A stretch of DNA of 64,000 bases. Source: an uncultured Gemmatimonadaceae bacterium. Lineage in GTDB: Bacteria > Gemmatimonadota > Gemmatimonadetes > Gemmatimonadales > Gemmatimonadaceae. The stretch is taken from positions 2,048,001 to 2,112,000 of the forward strand of contig CAVUDW010000003.1 in the NCBI GenBank assembly GCA_963740355.1, written 5' to 3'. Shown here one piece after another: positions 28,573 to 37,793 of the stretch (its first letter is position 1; each line of letters starts with the position of its first letter). The notes under the pieces were generated by a model, which saw only the letters and a program-made list of their open reading frames with translations, did no database searches and was not told where the DNA came from. The position numbers and the translations under genes were made by a program.

Positions 28573-30051
28573 ATGTCGATTGCCATCACCCGTGACACAT
28601 TCACCGACGCCGACTACGCCCGCTTCGGTGATCGGCTCGCCACACAAGTGGCGCATCTCACGCGCATCTGCGACCAGCCAGGCTTCGGCGACGGGCCAGT
28701 CAGCATTGGCGCAGAGCTGGAGCTTCCGCTCGTCGGTGCCGACTGGCGGCCGAACCCGTGCAATCGCGCCATCCTGGCGGAGTTGAACGATCCGCGTGCC
28801 ACGGTCGAGATCGCGCAGTACAACCTCGAGTTGAACCTCACGCCGGTCGCGGCCGCTGGTCGGCCCTTCGCCGCGCTCGGCGAGGAGATCGCGGCCCTGC
28901 TCCGCACGCTGGGCCCGATCGCAGCTCGACACGGCGCGCGTGTCGTGCCGGTGGGCATCCTGCCCTCGGTGCTGCCGGAGAATGTGACGCACGCGGCCAT
29001 GACCGACCTGCCGCGATACCGGGCGCTCGAGCGCGCTGTCACGCGGCTCCGGTGCGGGCCTGCTCACATTCGCATTCAGGGCGACGAGCCGCTCTCGATC
29101 GAGGATGACGGCGTGATGATGGAAGGCGCCAACACCTCCTTGCAGGTGCACCTGCGGGTGCCAGCCAGCCAATTCGCGGATACCTACAACGCGGCACAGC
29201 TGGCGACGCTCGTGACTGTCGCCATCTCAGGCAATTCCCCGGTGTTCCTCGACCACCTGCTCTGGGATGAGACACGCATCGCCGTCTTCAAGCAGAGCGT
29301 CGACGCCCGCAACGCGGACGAGCTGACGTGGCACCGACCGGCGCGCGTCGCGTTCGGTCACGGCTGGGTGCGCAAGGGAGCGCCCGAACTCTTCGCGGAT
29401 GCCGTGCGACTGCACCAACCGCTTTTCCCGGTGTGTGACGAGGATCACGTCGATGATCCCGATGAGACGTCGCCACGCCTCGCGGAGCTTCGACTGCACC
29501 AAGGGACCGTGTGGCGCTGGAATCGAGCGATCTACGATCCCAGTGGCGGCACACACCTGCGCATCGAGTTTCGCGCCCTGCCGAGTGGTCCGACTATCCC
29601 CGACATGATGGCGAATGCGGCCTTCCTGCTCGGGCTCACCGTTGGTCTTCGCGACGACGTGGAGGCCTACATTCACGGCATACCCTTCACGCACGCGGAA
29701 ACGAGCTTCTATCGCGCAGCGCGAGATGGCATGAATGCGACACTGCTCTGGCCGGCGCTTCGCGGTGTGTCGCCGCAGGAGCGGTCAGTCTGCGAGCTCG
29801 CTGCATCACTGCTTCCGGTCGCCGAACGGGGCCTCGTCGCGCTGGGAGTCGATGCGTCGGAGCGCACGGCCTGCCTCGGTGTCATCGCCGATCGACTCAC
29901 GACCGCGCAAACCGGGGCGCGATGGCAACGCACCGCGTTGCAGCGCCTGCGCCGTTCCGCCTCGCGACGGGACGCGCTGTCACTGCTCGTCTCGGAATAC
30001 GCGTACCGCGCCGATACGCAGGCCGCCGTGCATACCTGGCCTGCCATCTGA
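28573..30051 (+). CDS. Glutamate--cysteine ligase family 2 (GCS2)-like carboxylate-amine ligase
   Basis: IGAELELPLV, EIAQYNLELN, TSLQVHL, SGNSP, WDETRIAVFKQSVD, GTVWRWNR, HLRIEFRALPSGPT. Confidence 0.88.
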   Translation: MSIAITRDTFTDADYARFGDRLATQVAHLTRICDQPGFGDGPVSIGAELELPLVGADWRPNPCNRAILAELNDPRATVEIAQYNLELNLTPVAAAGRPFAALGEEIAALLRTLGPIAARHGARVVPVGILPSVLPENVTHAAMTDLPRYRALERAVTRLRCGPAHIRIQGDEPLSIEDDGVMMEGANTSLQVHLRVPASQFADTYNAAQLATLVTVAISGNSPVFLDHLLWDETRIAVFKQSVDARNADELTWHRPARVAFGHGWVRKGAPELFADAVRLHQPLFPVCDEDHVDDPDETSPRLAELRLHQGTVWRWNRAIYDPSGGTHLRIEFRALPSGPTIPDMMANAAFLLGLTVGLRDDVEAYIHGIPFTHAETSFYRAARDGMNATLLWPALRGVSPQERSVCELAASLLPVAERGLVALGVDASERTACLGVIADRLTTAQTGARWQRTALQRLRRSASRRDALSLLVSEYAYRADTQAAVHTWPAI

Positions 30052-30117
30052 CCGCATGATCCGCGCGCCAGCCACGCGCGCACACGAACCGCTCCTTCGC
30101 CAACGGCGCGCTGGCAC

Positions 30118-31032
30118 TCAGCGCACCGACGCCATCGCTCCTCGCAACACGGCCGCACTCTTCTCCAGCGCATCACGCTCCTCGGGTGCCAGCGATGGTG
30201 GCACGACATCCACGGCCCCACCGGCATCGAGCACCGTCGGCAGCGAGAACGCCACGTCGGTATAGCCGAGTGCTCCCACCTGAACACGCGACACCGTTTC
30301 GACGCGCCGTTCGCCGCGCAGCAGGGTGCGCAGCAACGCAGCCGTCACCAGTCCGATCGCGTGATTCGTCGCCCCCTTTCGCTTCAGGATCTCGAAGCCG
30401 GCGCGTTTTACCGTCTCCGCAATCTGTGCCTCGCGCTCCGGCTTCCATCCCGGCCACTCCCGCAGCGGAATGCCGCCGACATGTGCTGACGACCAGAGCA
30501 CCACCTCCGAGTCGCCATGCTCTCCGATCACCTGCGCGTGTACGGACCGCGCATCGACATCGATCTCGGCACCGATCGTCTGTCGCAGCCGCGCCGTATC
30601 GAGCATCGTCCCGGTTCCGATCACCCGTTCCGGTGGCAGGCCCGAACTTTCGGCCACGACCTGCGTCAGGACGTCCACCGGATTGGTGACCACGATCACG
30701 ATGCCGCGATAGTCGCGCAGCGCCGCCCCGATGTCGCGCAGGATCGAGACATTGCCCTTCAACAGCTCCAAGCGAGAACCGGTCGGCATCGCACTGTGCC
30801 CGGCGGCGATCACCAGGGCATCGGTGTCGAGCAGCCCTTCGCGCGGCACGGCGCGGACAGTCGCCGAGGGATAGAACGGCGCACCGTGAGCCAGGTCCAT
30901 GGCCTCGCCCTCGGCCAGCTCCGCGCGTTGGTCGGACAACAGCAACTCGTTGGCAAATCCCGCCTGCAGCACCGAGATCGCAACGCTCGACCCGACCCAT
31001 CCCGTACCAAGAATTCCGACGGAGCTTGGCAT
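30118..31032 (-). CDS. L-lactate/malate dehydrogenase family protein
   Basis: VGILGTGWVG, AEGEAMDLAHG, VTNPVD, GTGTMLDTARLR, GEHGDS, KGATNHAIG. Confidence 0.93.
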   Translation of the reverse strand: MPSSVGILGTGWVGSSVAISVLQAGFANELLLSDQRAELAEGEAMDLAHGAPFYPSATVRAVPREGLLDTDALVIAAGHSAMPTGSRLELLKGNVSILRDIGAALRDYRGIVIVVTNPVDVLTQVVAESSGLPPERVIGTGTMLDTARLRQTIGAEIDVDARSVHAQVIGEHGDSEVVLWSSAHVGGIPLREWPGWKPEREAQIAETVKRAGFEILKRKGATNHAIGLVTAALLRTLLRGERRVETVSRVQVGALGYTDVAFSLPTVLDAGGAVDVVPPSLAPEERDALEKSAAVLRGAMASVR

Positions 31033-31179
31033 GTCAGCGCCACGCCTGAACGCACACCGCTCGCACCGCCCACTGCGGCAGTCGCAACTCGTCGCGACCC
31101 ACAGCACGTGTCGCGTTCGTCATCACCTGTCTCGACATGCATTACACTCCGCTGTATCCGTCCACATGAGACTTCGCCG

Positions 31180-32274
31180 ATGATTCCGATGTTCGCTGTT
31201 CTCTTCGCCACCGCGATGCACCTCGCGCCGCCGACACCGTCACGCGCGCTGCTGGTGCTCGAGAAGGCGCAGAACACGCTCGTGATACTCGATCCGGTCA
31301 CGCTGACGATCGTGGCGCGCATTCCCGCCGGCAATGATCCGCACGAGGTCGCCGTGTCGAGTGACGGACGCGTCGCGTATGTCTCAAACTACCATGCAGC
31401 GAACGGCGAGGGTGGCTCACAGATCACCGTGATCGATCTCGTTGCACAAAAGCCACTCACACCAATCGATCTCGGTGGTTTGCGCGCACCACATGGCCTC
31501 GATTTCGCGGCCGGCAAGCTCTGGTTCAGCGTGGAGGATTCGAAGGCCGTTGGTCGGTACGATCCCGTCGCGCGTCGCGTCGATTGGGTCACCGGCACGG
31601 GGCAGGAGCGCACGCACATGGTCGTCGTGTCCCGCGACGGGAAGCGTGTCTTCAGCACCAACGTCAATTCACCGAGCGTCAGCATCATCGAGCCGCCACT
31701 CGCTCGTCCCACCGGCGTGCGTCCGCCACCAGGCGGCGTTGGTGCGCGCCCGCCGGCGCCGGCTGGTCCGCCATCGGCTGGTCTACCGCCGGCAGGTCCA
31801 CCCGCCGGTGGTAATCGCCCGACAGCGGAATGGCAGCTGACGAACATCGCGGTGGGTCGCGGCGCCGAAGGGTTGGACCTCACCCCGGATGGTCGCGAGC
31901 TGTGGGTTGCGAACGCGCAGGATCACACGATCTCCGTGATCGACGTCGCCACCAAGGCGGTCGTCGCCACGCTGGCATCCACCACATCAGCCAACCGGCT
32001 CAAGATCACGCCCGATGGTCGCTTCGCATTCGTGTCGGATCTCGGCGGCAACGAGATGCTGGTGATCAACATCAGGACGCGCGCGGCACACACGCGGATT
32101 GCGATGGGCGGCAACTCCGAGGGCATCGTGATGACGCCTGACGGTCAGCACGCCTACACCACACTCAATTCCCGCGACGCGGTGGCACGGATCGACCTCC
32201 GCACGATGACGGTGACTGGCGAGGTGAAGACGGGGCGCGGTCCGGACGGCCTGGCCTGGGTCGTGCGCCGCTGA
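31180..32274 (+). CDS. Exported YVTN/YncE-type beta-propeller protein
   Basis: Signal peptide; PHEVAVSSDGRVAYVSN, AEGLDLTPDGRELWVAN and SEGIVMTPDG..AY blades. Confidence 0.88.
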   Translation: MIPMFAVLFATAMHLAPPTPSRALLVLEKAQNTLVILDPVTLTIVARIPAGNDPHEVAVSSDGRVAYVSNYHAANGEGGSQITVIDLVAQKPLTPIDLGGLRAPHGLDFAAGKLWFSVEDSKAVGRYDPVARRVDWVTGTGQERTHMVVVSRDGKRVFSTNVNSPSVSIIEPPLARPTGVRPPPGGVGARPPAPAGPPSAGLPPAGPPAGGNRPTAEWQLTNIAVGRGAEGLDLTPDGRELWVANAQDHTISVIDVATKAVVATLASTTSANRLKITPDGRFAFVSDLGGNEMLVINIRTRAAHTRIAMGGNSEGIVMTPDGQHAYTTLNSRDAVARIDLRTMTVTGEVKTGRGPDGLAWVVRR

Positions 32275-33670
32275 CGCCGAGCCGAGGCGGTGTGGCAGCA
32301 CACATCACCGCCTCGATCTCATCTGCCGAATACGGCAGTCCCTTCGTCAACACCTCGGCACCGTTCGCCGTGATGAGGATCATGTCCTCGAGGTACAGCC
32401 CCACGCCATCCACCGTCAGGATCGGCTCGAACGCGATCACCTGCCCGACGCGCAACGTGTCGACATTGCCCTCGGCACTGGCCAATCCGACGCCGTGAAT
32501 CTCCCAGAACCGGCCGCCATCGGGAGAGAGTGCGAGGTCGGCTGTCTTGCGCGCGAAGTCCGACGAAAGGCGAGGGCGACGCTTCGCGATATCACTCCGC
32601 CATACCGCGAACACCTCGCTTGCGGTGCGCCCCGGCTTCATCTCACCGAGGGCCGCGTCGTAGGCGCGCACGAACAGCTCCCACGCTTCACGCTGATCGG
32701 CGGTGAATCGACCTGACACCGGTGCGGTCCGACCGACATCGCCTTCGTAGTGCGCCTGCTTGCAGCCAATGTCGACCCGCGCCAGTTCACCGGCCAGCAT
32801 CACGCGATCACGAAACGACGCGTCGCCCAGTGACAGCAGCGCCGCCTCGATGGATGAGTTCTCGCCGGTCATCAGCCAGGGCCAGAACGATACCCCGCTC
32901 GCGCCACGGCGAACACATTCCGCGAGAACTTCGACTTCTGCATCCCGCTGGCGTCGTCCGGGGCGAAGCGCGCGCATCCCAACCATCAGCGCCGCCGCGC
33001 TACTCGCTGCGACGGCCCGCAAGGCCGCGATCTCGCCAGCGTCCTTCACTTCGCGCATGTCATCTTCGTCTGGGCCAGGCAGCAGCTGCGCGGTGGGCCA
33101 CCGGGTATGCAACATCTGCTGCCAGAGCCCAGCGGCATCCATGCCGGCGATCACTGGCGGCCGAATGCTGTTGGCAGCACTCTCGAACGGGCCGCGGAGG
33201 ATCAACGCCGGATTCTCCGCGATGCGACGGTCGAGAAATCCTTCGAGCTCGCGCCATGACACGACATGGTCGATGCCGAGTTGTGCCGCCGTTTCCGCAC
33301 CTGGCGTGACGTAGCCGTACGGGGGGCGCATGATGGCACCGAAGCCCGGCAGTCGGCCTGCATCAGGCACGAACAGCCACGTTTCGCGGCGGTCGAAATC
33401 CAACGCCAACACCGAGCCGACGGCGTTCGGCAGGCCTGTCAGATAGAGGAAGGTTGGATCCTGCCGCAACCCGTCTTCACTTGCACCCATCACTGACGGT
33501 GTCGAACGCACGAGATAGATCCCGATGCCGGCCATCTCCATCGCGCGTGCACGCCGCGCGGCCAGCGTGGCCACGGGCACGATCGGTGTCGCCTGCCCAT
33601 CGACCGGTATCGTCGCCAGCGCAGCGCCAAGCGAAAGGCACAGCCATCGAGCGACGCGAATGACGTGCAT
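32165..33670 (-). CDS. Xaa-Pro aminopeptidase (M24B) family protein, exported
   Basis: RQDPTFLYLTG, REVKDAGEI; metal ligands in RVDIGC...GDVGRT, HGVGL, FEP and LEDMIL; ATG overlaps the upstream stop. Confidence 0.9.
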   Translation of the reverse strand: MHVIRVARWLCLSLGAALATIPVDGQATPIVPVATLAARRARAMEMAGIGIYLVRSTPSVMGASEDGLRQDPTFLYLTGLPNAVGSVLALDFDRRETWLFVPDAGRLPGFGAIMRPPYGYVTPGAETAAQLGIDHVVSWRELEGFLDRRIAENPALILRGPFESAANSIRPPVIAGMDAAGLWQQMLHTRWPTAQLLPGPDEDDMREVKDAGEIAALRAVAASSAAALMVGMRALRPGRRQRDAEVEVLAECVRRGASGVSFWPWLMTGENSSIEAALLSLGDASFRDRVMLAGELARVDIGCKQAHYEGDVGRTAPVSGRFTADQREAWELFVRAYDAALGEMKPGRTASEVFAVWRSDIAKRRPRLSSDFARKTADLALSPDGGRFWEIHGVGLASAEGNVDTLRVGQVIAFEPILTVDGVGLYLEDMILITANGAEVLTKGLPYSADEIEAVMCAATPPRLGVSGARPRPGRPDRAPSSPRQSPSSCGGRSVPPRRGN

Positions 33671-35370
33671 CACAGGTTTCGCCGCTTCAGCTCATCAACC
33701 GCAAACGCGCAGGCGCGCGCCGTCATGGCCATGTAGGTCAGCGACGGATTCTGGCAGCTGCTGGACGTCATGAACGCTCCATCGGTGACGAAGAGGTTCG
33801 GGATGTCCCACGCCTGATTGTGACCGTTGAGCACTGAGGTCTTCGGATCTCGCCCCATGCGCGCGGTGCCCATCTCGTGATTGGCGCCGCCAGGCGTGCT
33901 TGGCCCGCGCGTGGAAGGGCGGATGTTCTTCGCGCCAGCCGCGTCGAGCAGTTCGGAGGCCGTGACGTTCATGTCCCGATGGATCGCGAGTTCGTTGTCA
34001 CTCCACTGCGCCTCGATGTGCAGCGACGGCACACCCCACTTGTCCTTCAGTGTGGGGTGGAGCGTGGCGCGATTGGATTCGCGTGGCAGCATCTCGCCGT
34101 ACCCGTTGAACGTCATGTTCCACGGGCCCAGTTGTGTCAGCCGTTCCTTGAAGGCGAGACCGAGGCCCGACGCCCGCGTCGCGGCGTCCCAGCCGCTGCG
34201 ACCCGCGCCCCCCTGAAAGCCGTAGCCGCGCACGAAGTCAGGCTGGCGCGAGGTCACATTGCGGAAGCGCGGGACATAGATGCCGTTCGGCCGCTCGCCA
34301 ATCACACGTCGATCCGTGAAGCCCTCGATCTCGCCGGACGCACCGCCCCACTTGATGTGATCCATGATGTTCCGGCCCACCTGGTCACTGGAGTTCGCGA
34401 GACCATTCGGGAACTGCGGTGTGGCCGAGTTGAGCAACAGGCGCGCGCTCTCGATCGATGAAGCGCAGAGGAAGACGACCTTCGCCGAGTATCGATGTTC
34501 GACACCCGTCTTGGCGTCGATCACGCGTACGCCCGTGACGCGCTTGCGCACCGGATCGAGCACCAGCGAACGCACCACGCTGAACGGTCGCAGCGTCATC
34601 CGTCCGGTCGCCTGCGCTGCCGGCAGCGTGGAATTGACGGCGCTGAAATACGAGCGCGTCGAGCAGCCACGCTGGCATGGTCCGCAGTAGTGACAAGGTG
34701 CGCGACCTTCGTGCAGTGCGGTGAGTACGGCCACGCGGCCGATGGTCATCACGCGGTCGCGACCATATCGGGCAGCGATCTTCTCGCGCACGTGCTGCTC
34801 GACACAGTTCAGCGCCATCGCCGGCAGGAACTGGCCATCGGGCAACTGCGCGAGTTGCTCCGCCTGCCCAGAGACACCGATGAACCGTTCGACGTGATCG
34901 TACCATGGTGCGATGTCGGCGTAGCGAATCGGCCAATCGACGGCGATGCCTTCGCGTGCATTGGCCTCGAAATCGAGATCGCTCATCCGGTAGACTTGCC
35001 GGCCCCAGATGGTGGACTTGCCACCCACCTGACGCGCGCGAAACCAATCGAAGCGTTTCGCCCCGTCGGGCGTGCTGTACGGATTATCGATGTCATCCGT
35101 CCAGAACCGGCTGCTCAGTTCATCGAAGCTCACCGATCGCTGCTGCACCGGCTGGCGCGACTCCACGGCGCGGCGATCGCCCAGCCCACGAAACGGCATC
35201 TCGAAAGGCGGGACATGCTCGCGCGCATCGGCCTCCGGTGTCACCGATCGTCCTGCCTCCAGCACCAGCGTGCGCAGGCCAAGTCGCGTCAACTCCTTGG
35301 CTGCCCAGCCGCCCGTCATGCCCGAGCCGACCACGATGGCATCGAACGTGGTCGCGATGTCGCGGCTCAT
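33670..35370 (-). CDS. GMC oxidoreductase flavoprotein (glycoside 3-dehydrogenase-like)
   Basis: DAIVVGSGMTGGWAAKEL, VGGKSTIWGRQ, DWPIRY, CHYCGPCQRGC, HEMGTARMG, QNPSLTYMA. Confidence 0.93.
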   Translation of the reverse strand: MSRDIATTFDAIVVGSGMTGGWAAKELTRLGLRTLVLEAGRSVTPEADAREHVPPFEMPFRGLGDRRAVESRQPVQQRSVSFDELSSRFWTDDIDNPYSTPDGAKRFDWFRARQVGGKSTIWGRQVYRMSDLDFEANAREGIAVDWPIRYADIAPWYDHVERFIGVSGQAEQLAQLPDGQFLPAMALNCVEQHVREKIAARYGRDRVMTIGRVAVLTALHEGRAPCHYCGPCQRGCSTRSYFSAVNSTLPAAQATGRMTLRPFSVVRSLVLDPVRKRVTGVRVIDAKTGVEHRYSAKVVFLCASSIESARLLLNSATPQFPNGLANSSDQVGRNIMDHIKWGGASGEIEGFTDRRVIGERPNGIYVPRFRNVTSRQPDFVRGYGFQGGAGRSGWDAATRASGLGLAFKERLTQLGPWNMTFNGYGEMLPRESNRATLHPTLKDKWGVPSLHIEAQWSDNELAIHRDMNVTASELLDAAGAKNIRPSTRGPSTPGGANHEMGTARMGRDPKTSVLNGHNQAWDIPNLFVTDGAFMTSSSCQNPSLTYMAMTARACAFAVDELKRRNL

Positions 35371-35942
35371 CCGGTCACCAGTGCATTACCATCGTAACGC
35401 ATCGGCATCGGCCAGCTGTGCAGCGTCTGCTGCATGCCGACTTCCGAGGTGCAGTACCCCCACACGGTGAGATACTTGAGCATCGCGAACCAATGCTCGT
35501 TGGCAGTTACGGCATTCGTGCGGCGAAGTTCGCTCACGTCACCGTCAAACACTTCCAGCAGCGCCAGCTGATCAGCCGCGGAAGCATCCACGAATGATTT
35601 CTGAAAGCGCGCCAGGCTCCTTGCGTCGAGCTCTCGCAGTCCGGCGCGAAACCGATCGCGATCGGCAGCCGGATACCAACCAGCCAGCATTCGATCGATG
35701 AACGAGCTCACATCGGCGTCCGTCGCACCCGGCGTGTCACTCTTCGGAATGATGAACTCGGCCGCCACCGTCACTGCGCTGAGCGCCGCCTGGTCGAGTG
35801 CGCCGGACGCCGATACGCTGCCCTGCTCCGCAGACCGATGCACGTCCTGGCCGATCGCGATCAGGTCGTGCGCCGACAGTCGGTTGAGTGCGCTCAAGCC
35901 ACCGGTTGCGACCATCCACCCAAGCAGTTCACGTCGGTCCAC
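35367..35942 (-). CDS. Gluconate 2-dehydrogenase subunit 3-like Tat partner subunit
   Basis: DRRELL twin-arginine leader, IIPKSDTPGA, F..LK.LTVWGYCTSEVG. Confidence 0.88.
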   Translation of the reverse strand: MDRRELLGWMVATGGLSALNRLSAHDLIAIGQDVHRSAEQGSVSASGALDQAALSAVTVAAEFIIPKSDTPGATDADVSSFIDRMLAGWYPAADRDRFRAGLRELDARSLARFQKSFVDASAADQLALLEVFDGDVSELRRTNAVTANEHWFAMLKYLTVWGYCTSEVGMQQTLHSWPMPMRYDGNALVTG

Positions 35943-35945
35943 AGC

Positions 35946-37676
35946 TCACGCCTCACCTTTGGGATACACTGTCCTTCCGCCCGTCACCGTGCGCACCACC
36001 TTGATGTCCTTGATCGTCTCGGGTGGCACATCGTGCGGATCCTTCTCGAGAATCACGAAGTCCGCCAGCTTGCCGGCCGTGATCGATCCCTTCACGTGTT
36101 CCTCGTACGACGCATAGGCTCCGTTCTGTGTTGCGACGGTCAAGGCCTGGTCGATGGTGATCCGTTGGTTCGCGCCCCACACATGTCCGCGGAAATCCTT
36201 GCGCGTGACCATCGACTGGAGCGCCATCAGCGGCTCGAACGGCCCCGGCCCGTAGTCACTCGCGCCCGGCACCTTGATGCCGGCATCGAGAAACGACTTG
36301 TGCGCGAACATCGACTGCATCTTCTCGTCGCCGTACTTCTCCCACTTCTCGCCGTGGTAGTAGATGTAGGTCCAGAAGGGCGTCGGGATCGATCCCGTCT
36401 TCACCAGCCGCGCGATCAGGCCAGGATTGATCAGCGAACAGTGCTCCACGCGGTGCCGGCGATCCGGATGTGGCCACCGCGCCAGCGCCCGTTCGTAGGC
36501 CGTCAGCACCATGTCGATCGTCACATCGCCGTTGGCATGAATGCCAACCTGCCAGTTCTTGCTGTGTGCATCATCCACGGCATCGTGAATTTCCTGCTGC
36601 GACATGGTCAGGATGCCATAGTCGCTGGTGCCAAGAAACGGGGTGCTCATCCGCATCGTCCGCTCGGAGGCCGAGCCGTCGGCGGCATACTTCACGCCAC
36701 CAATCCGCACCCACTCATCGCCGAACCCTGTGTACACGCCAGCGTCGCGCAGCAACGGGAACGCCTTGCCGCGCACCATCAGGTACGCGCGATGGCGGAG
36801 CTCACCCGCCGCGCGCACGTCCTCGTAGGCGCGAATGTTCTCCACCGACGCACTCAGGTCGTGCACGGTGGTCAGTCCCGCCGCCGTGTAGAGCGACGAG
36901 ATGTGGGCCATGCCCTTCCGATTTCGCTCCAGCTGCTGCGCAGGCGTGAACACTTCCCGCTGCCCGACGTTCTCGAAGACATCCGTCGCCAGCTCGGCCA
37001 CCCAGCCATTCGGCGTGCCGTCGGCATCACGAAAGAAGCGACCACCGGTGGGATCGGGCGTGTCCTTGGTGACTTTCGCCAACTCGAAGGCCTTCGAGTT
37101 GTACCATCCCGTGTGGCCTCCGCGGTGGTGCACACCAACGGGGTTGTTCGGTGCCACGTCATCGAGGTCTCGTCGATGCAGCGGCCGGCCATCGGTGAGC
37201 TTGGTGTCGTCGAACATGTACGCGTCGACCCAGTATCCCGGCGGCGTCGTTGCAACCTTCGCTGCGATGGCCGCCTTCAGCGCACCGATGCTGCGCAGGT
37301 TGGCGTCGACATCGTACAACTCCGTCACGCCGCCGGGATGGTTGTGCGCATCGATGAAGCCGGGCACCACGGTCATTCGTGCGGCGTCGATGACGCGTGT
37401 GCGTCGCGTGGCGAGGTTGCGCACATCGGCCGTGCTGCCCACGGCGAGGAATCGCCCATCACGCACGGCGAACGCCTGCGCGCGCGGGTTGGCGGGGTCG
37501 CTGGTGAGCACACGGGCATTGATCACGATCAGGTCCGCATCGATGCCGAACCCCTTCTGCGGCATCGGCGGCAAGGGAGCCGGCCTGGCCTGCCCTCGGC
37601 TTCCAGCGGGAACCACTGCCGCGCCAGCCATCAGCGCGCTCAATCGAAGAAATTCCTTGCGGCTGATCTGGGACAT
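35946..37676 (-). CDS. Amidohydrolase_3 (YtcJ-like) metal-dependent hydrolase, probably Tat-exported
   Basis: SRKEFL leader; VPGFIDAHNH, KYAADGS, IHANGD, HRVEH, ASD, KGSITAGKLADFVIL. Confidence 0.92.
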   Translation of the reverse strand: MSQISRKEFLRLSALMAGAAVVPAGSRGQARPAPLPPMPQKGFGIDADLIVINARVLTSDPANPRAQAFAVRDGRFLAVGSTADVRNLATRRTRVIDAARMTVVPGFIDAHNHPGGVTELYDVDANLRSIGALKAAIAAKVATTPPGYWVDAYMFDDTKLTDGRPLHRRDLDDVAPNNPVGVHHRGGHTGWYNSKAFELAKVTKDTPDPTGGRFFRDADGTPNGWVAELATDVFENVGQREVFTPAQQLERNRKGMAHISSLYTAAGLTTVHDLSASVENIRAYEDVRAAGELRHRAYLMVRGKAFPLLRDAGVYTGFGDEWVRIGGVKYAADGSASERTMRMSTPFLGTSDYGILTMSQQEIHDAVDDAHSKNWQVGIHANGDVTIDMVLTAYERALARWPHPDRRHRVEHCSLINPGLIARLVKTGSIPTPFWTYIYYHGEKWEKYGDEKMQSMFAHKSFLDAGIKVPGASDYGPGPFEPLMALQSMVTRKDFRGHVWGANQRITIDQALTVATQNGAYASYEEHVKGSITAGKLADFVILEKDPHDVPPETIKDIKVVRTVTGGRTVYPKGEA

Positions 37677-37793
37677 GGGCGCGATCACTCCTGTTCAACG
37701 GGTATCGAGACGACTCGACGGCCACACGTGCGAGATACTATCGTGAGGTAGACGATTGTGCGCAGCACCCTTCGATGTGACTGTTCTCCCCCG

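Noticed and set aside
30517..31179. N-terminal 221 aa of the 585-aa ORF
   Set aside because: Overlaps the LDH-like gene on the other strand; the real protein begins with a signal peptide at 31180.
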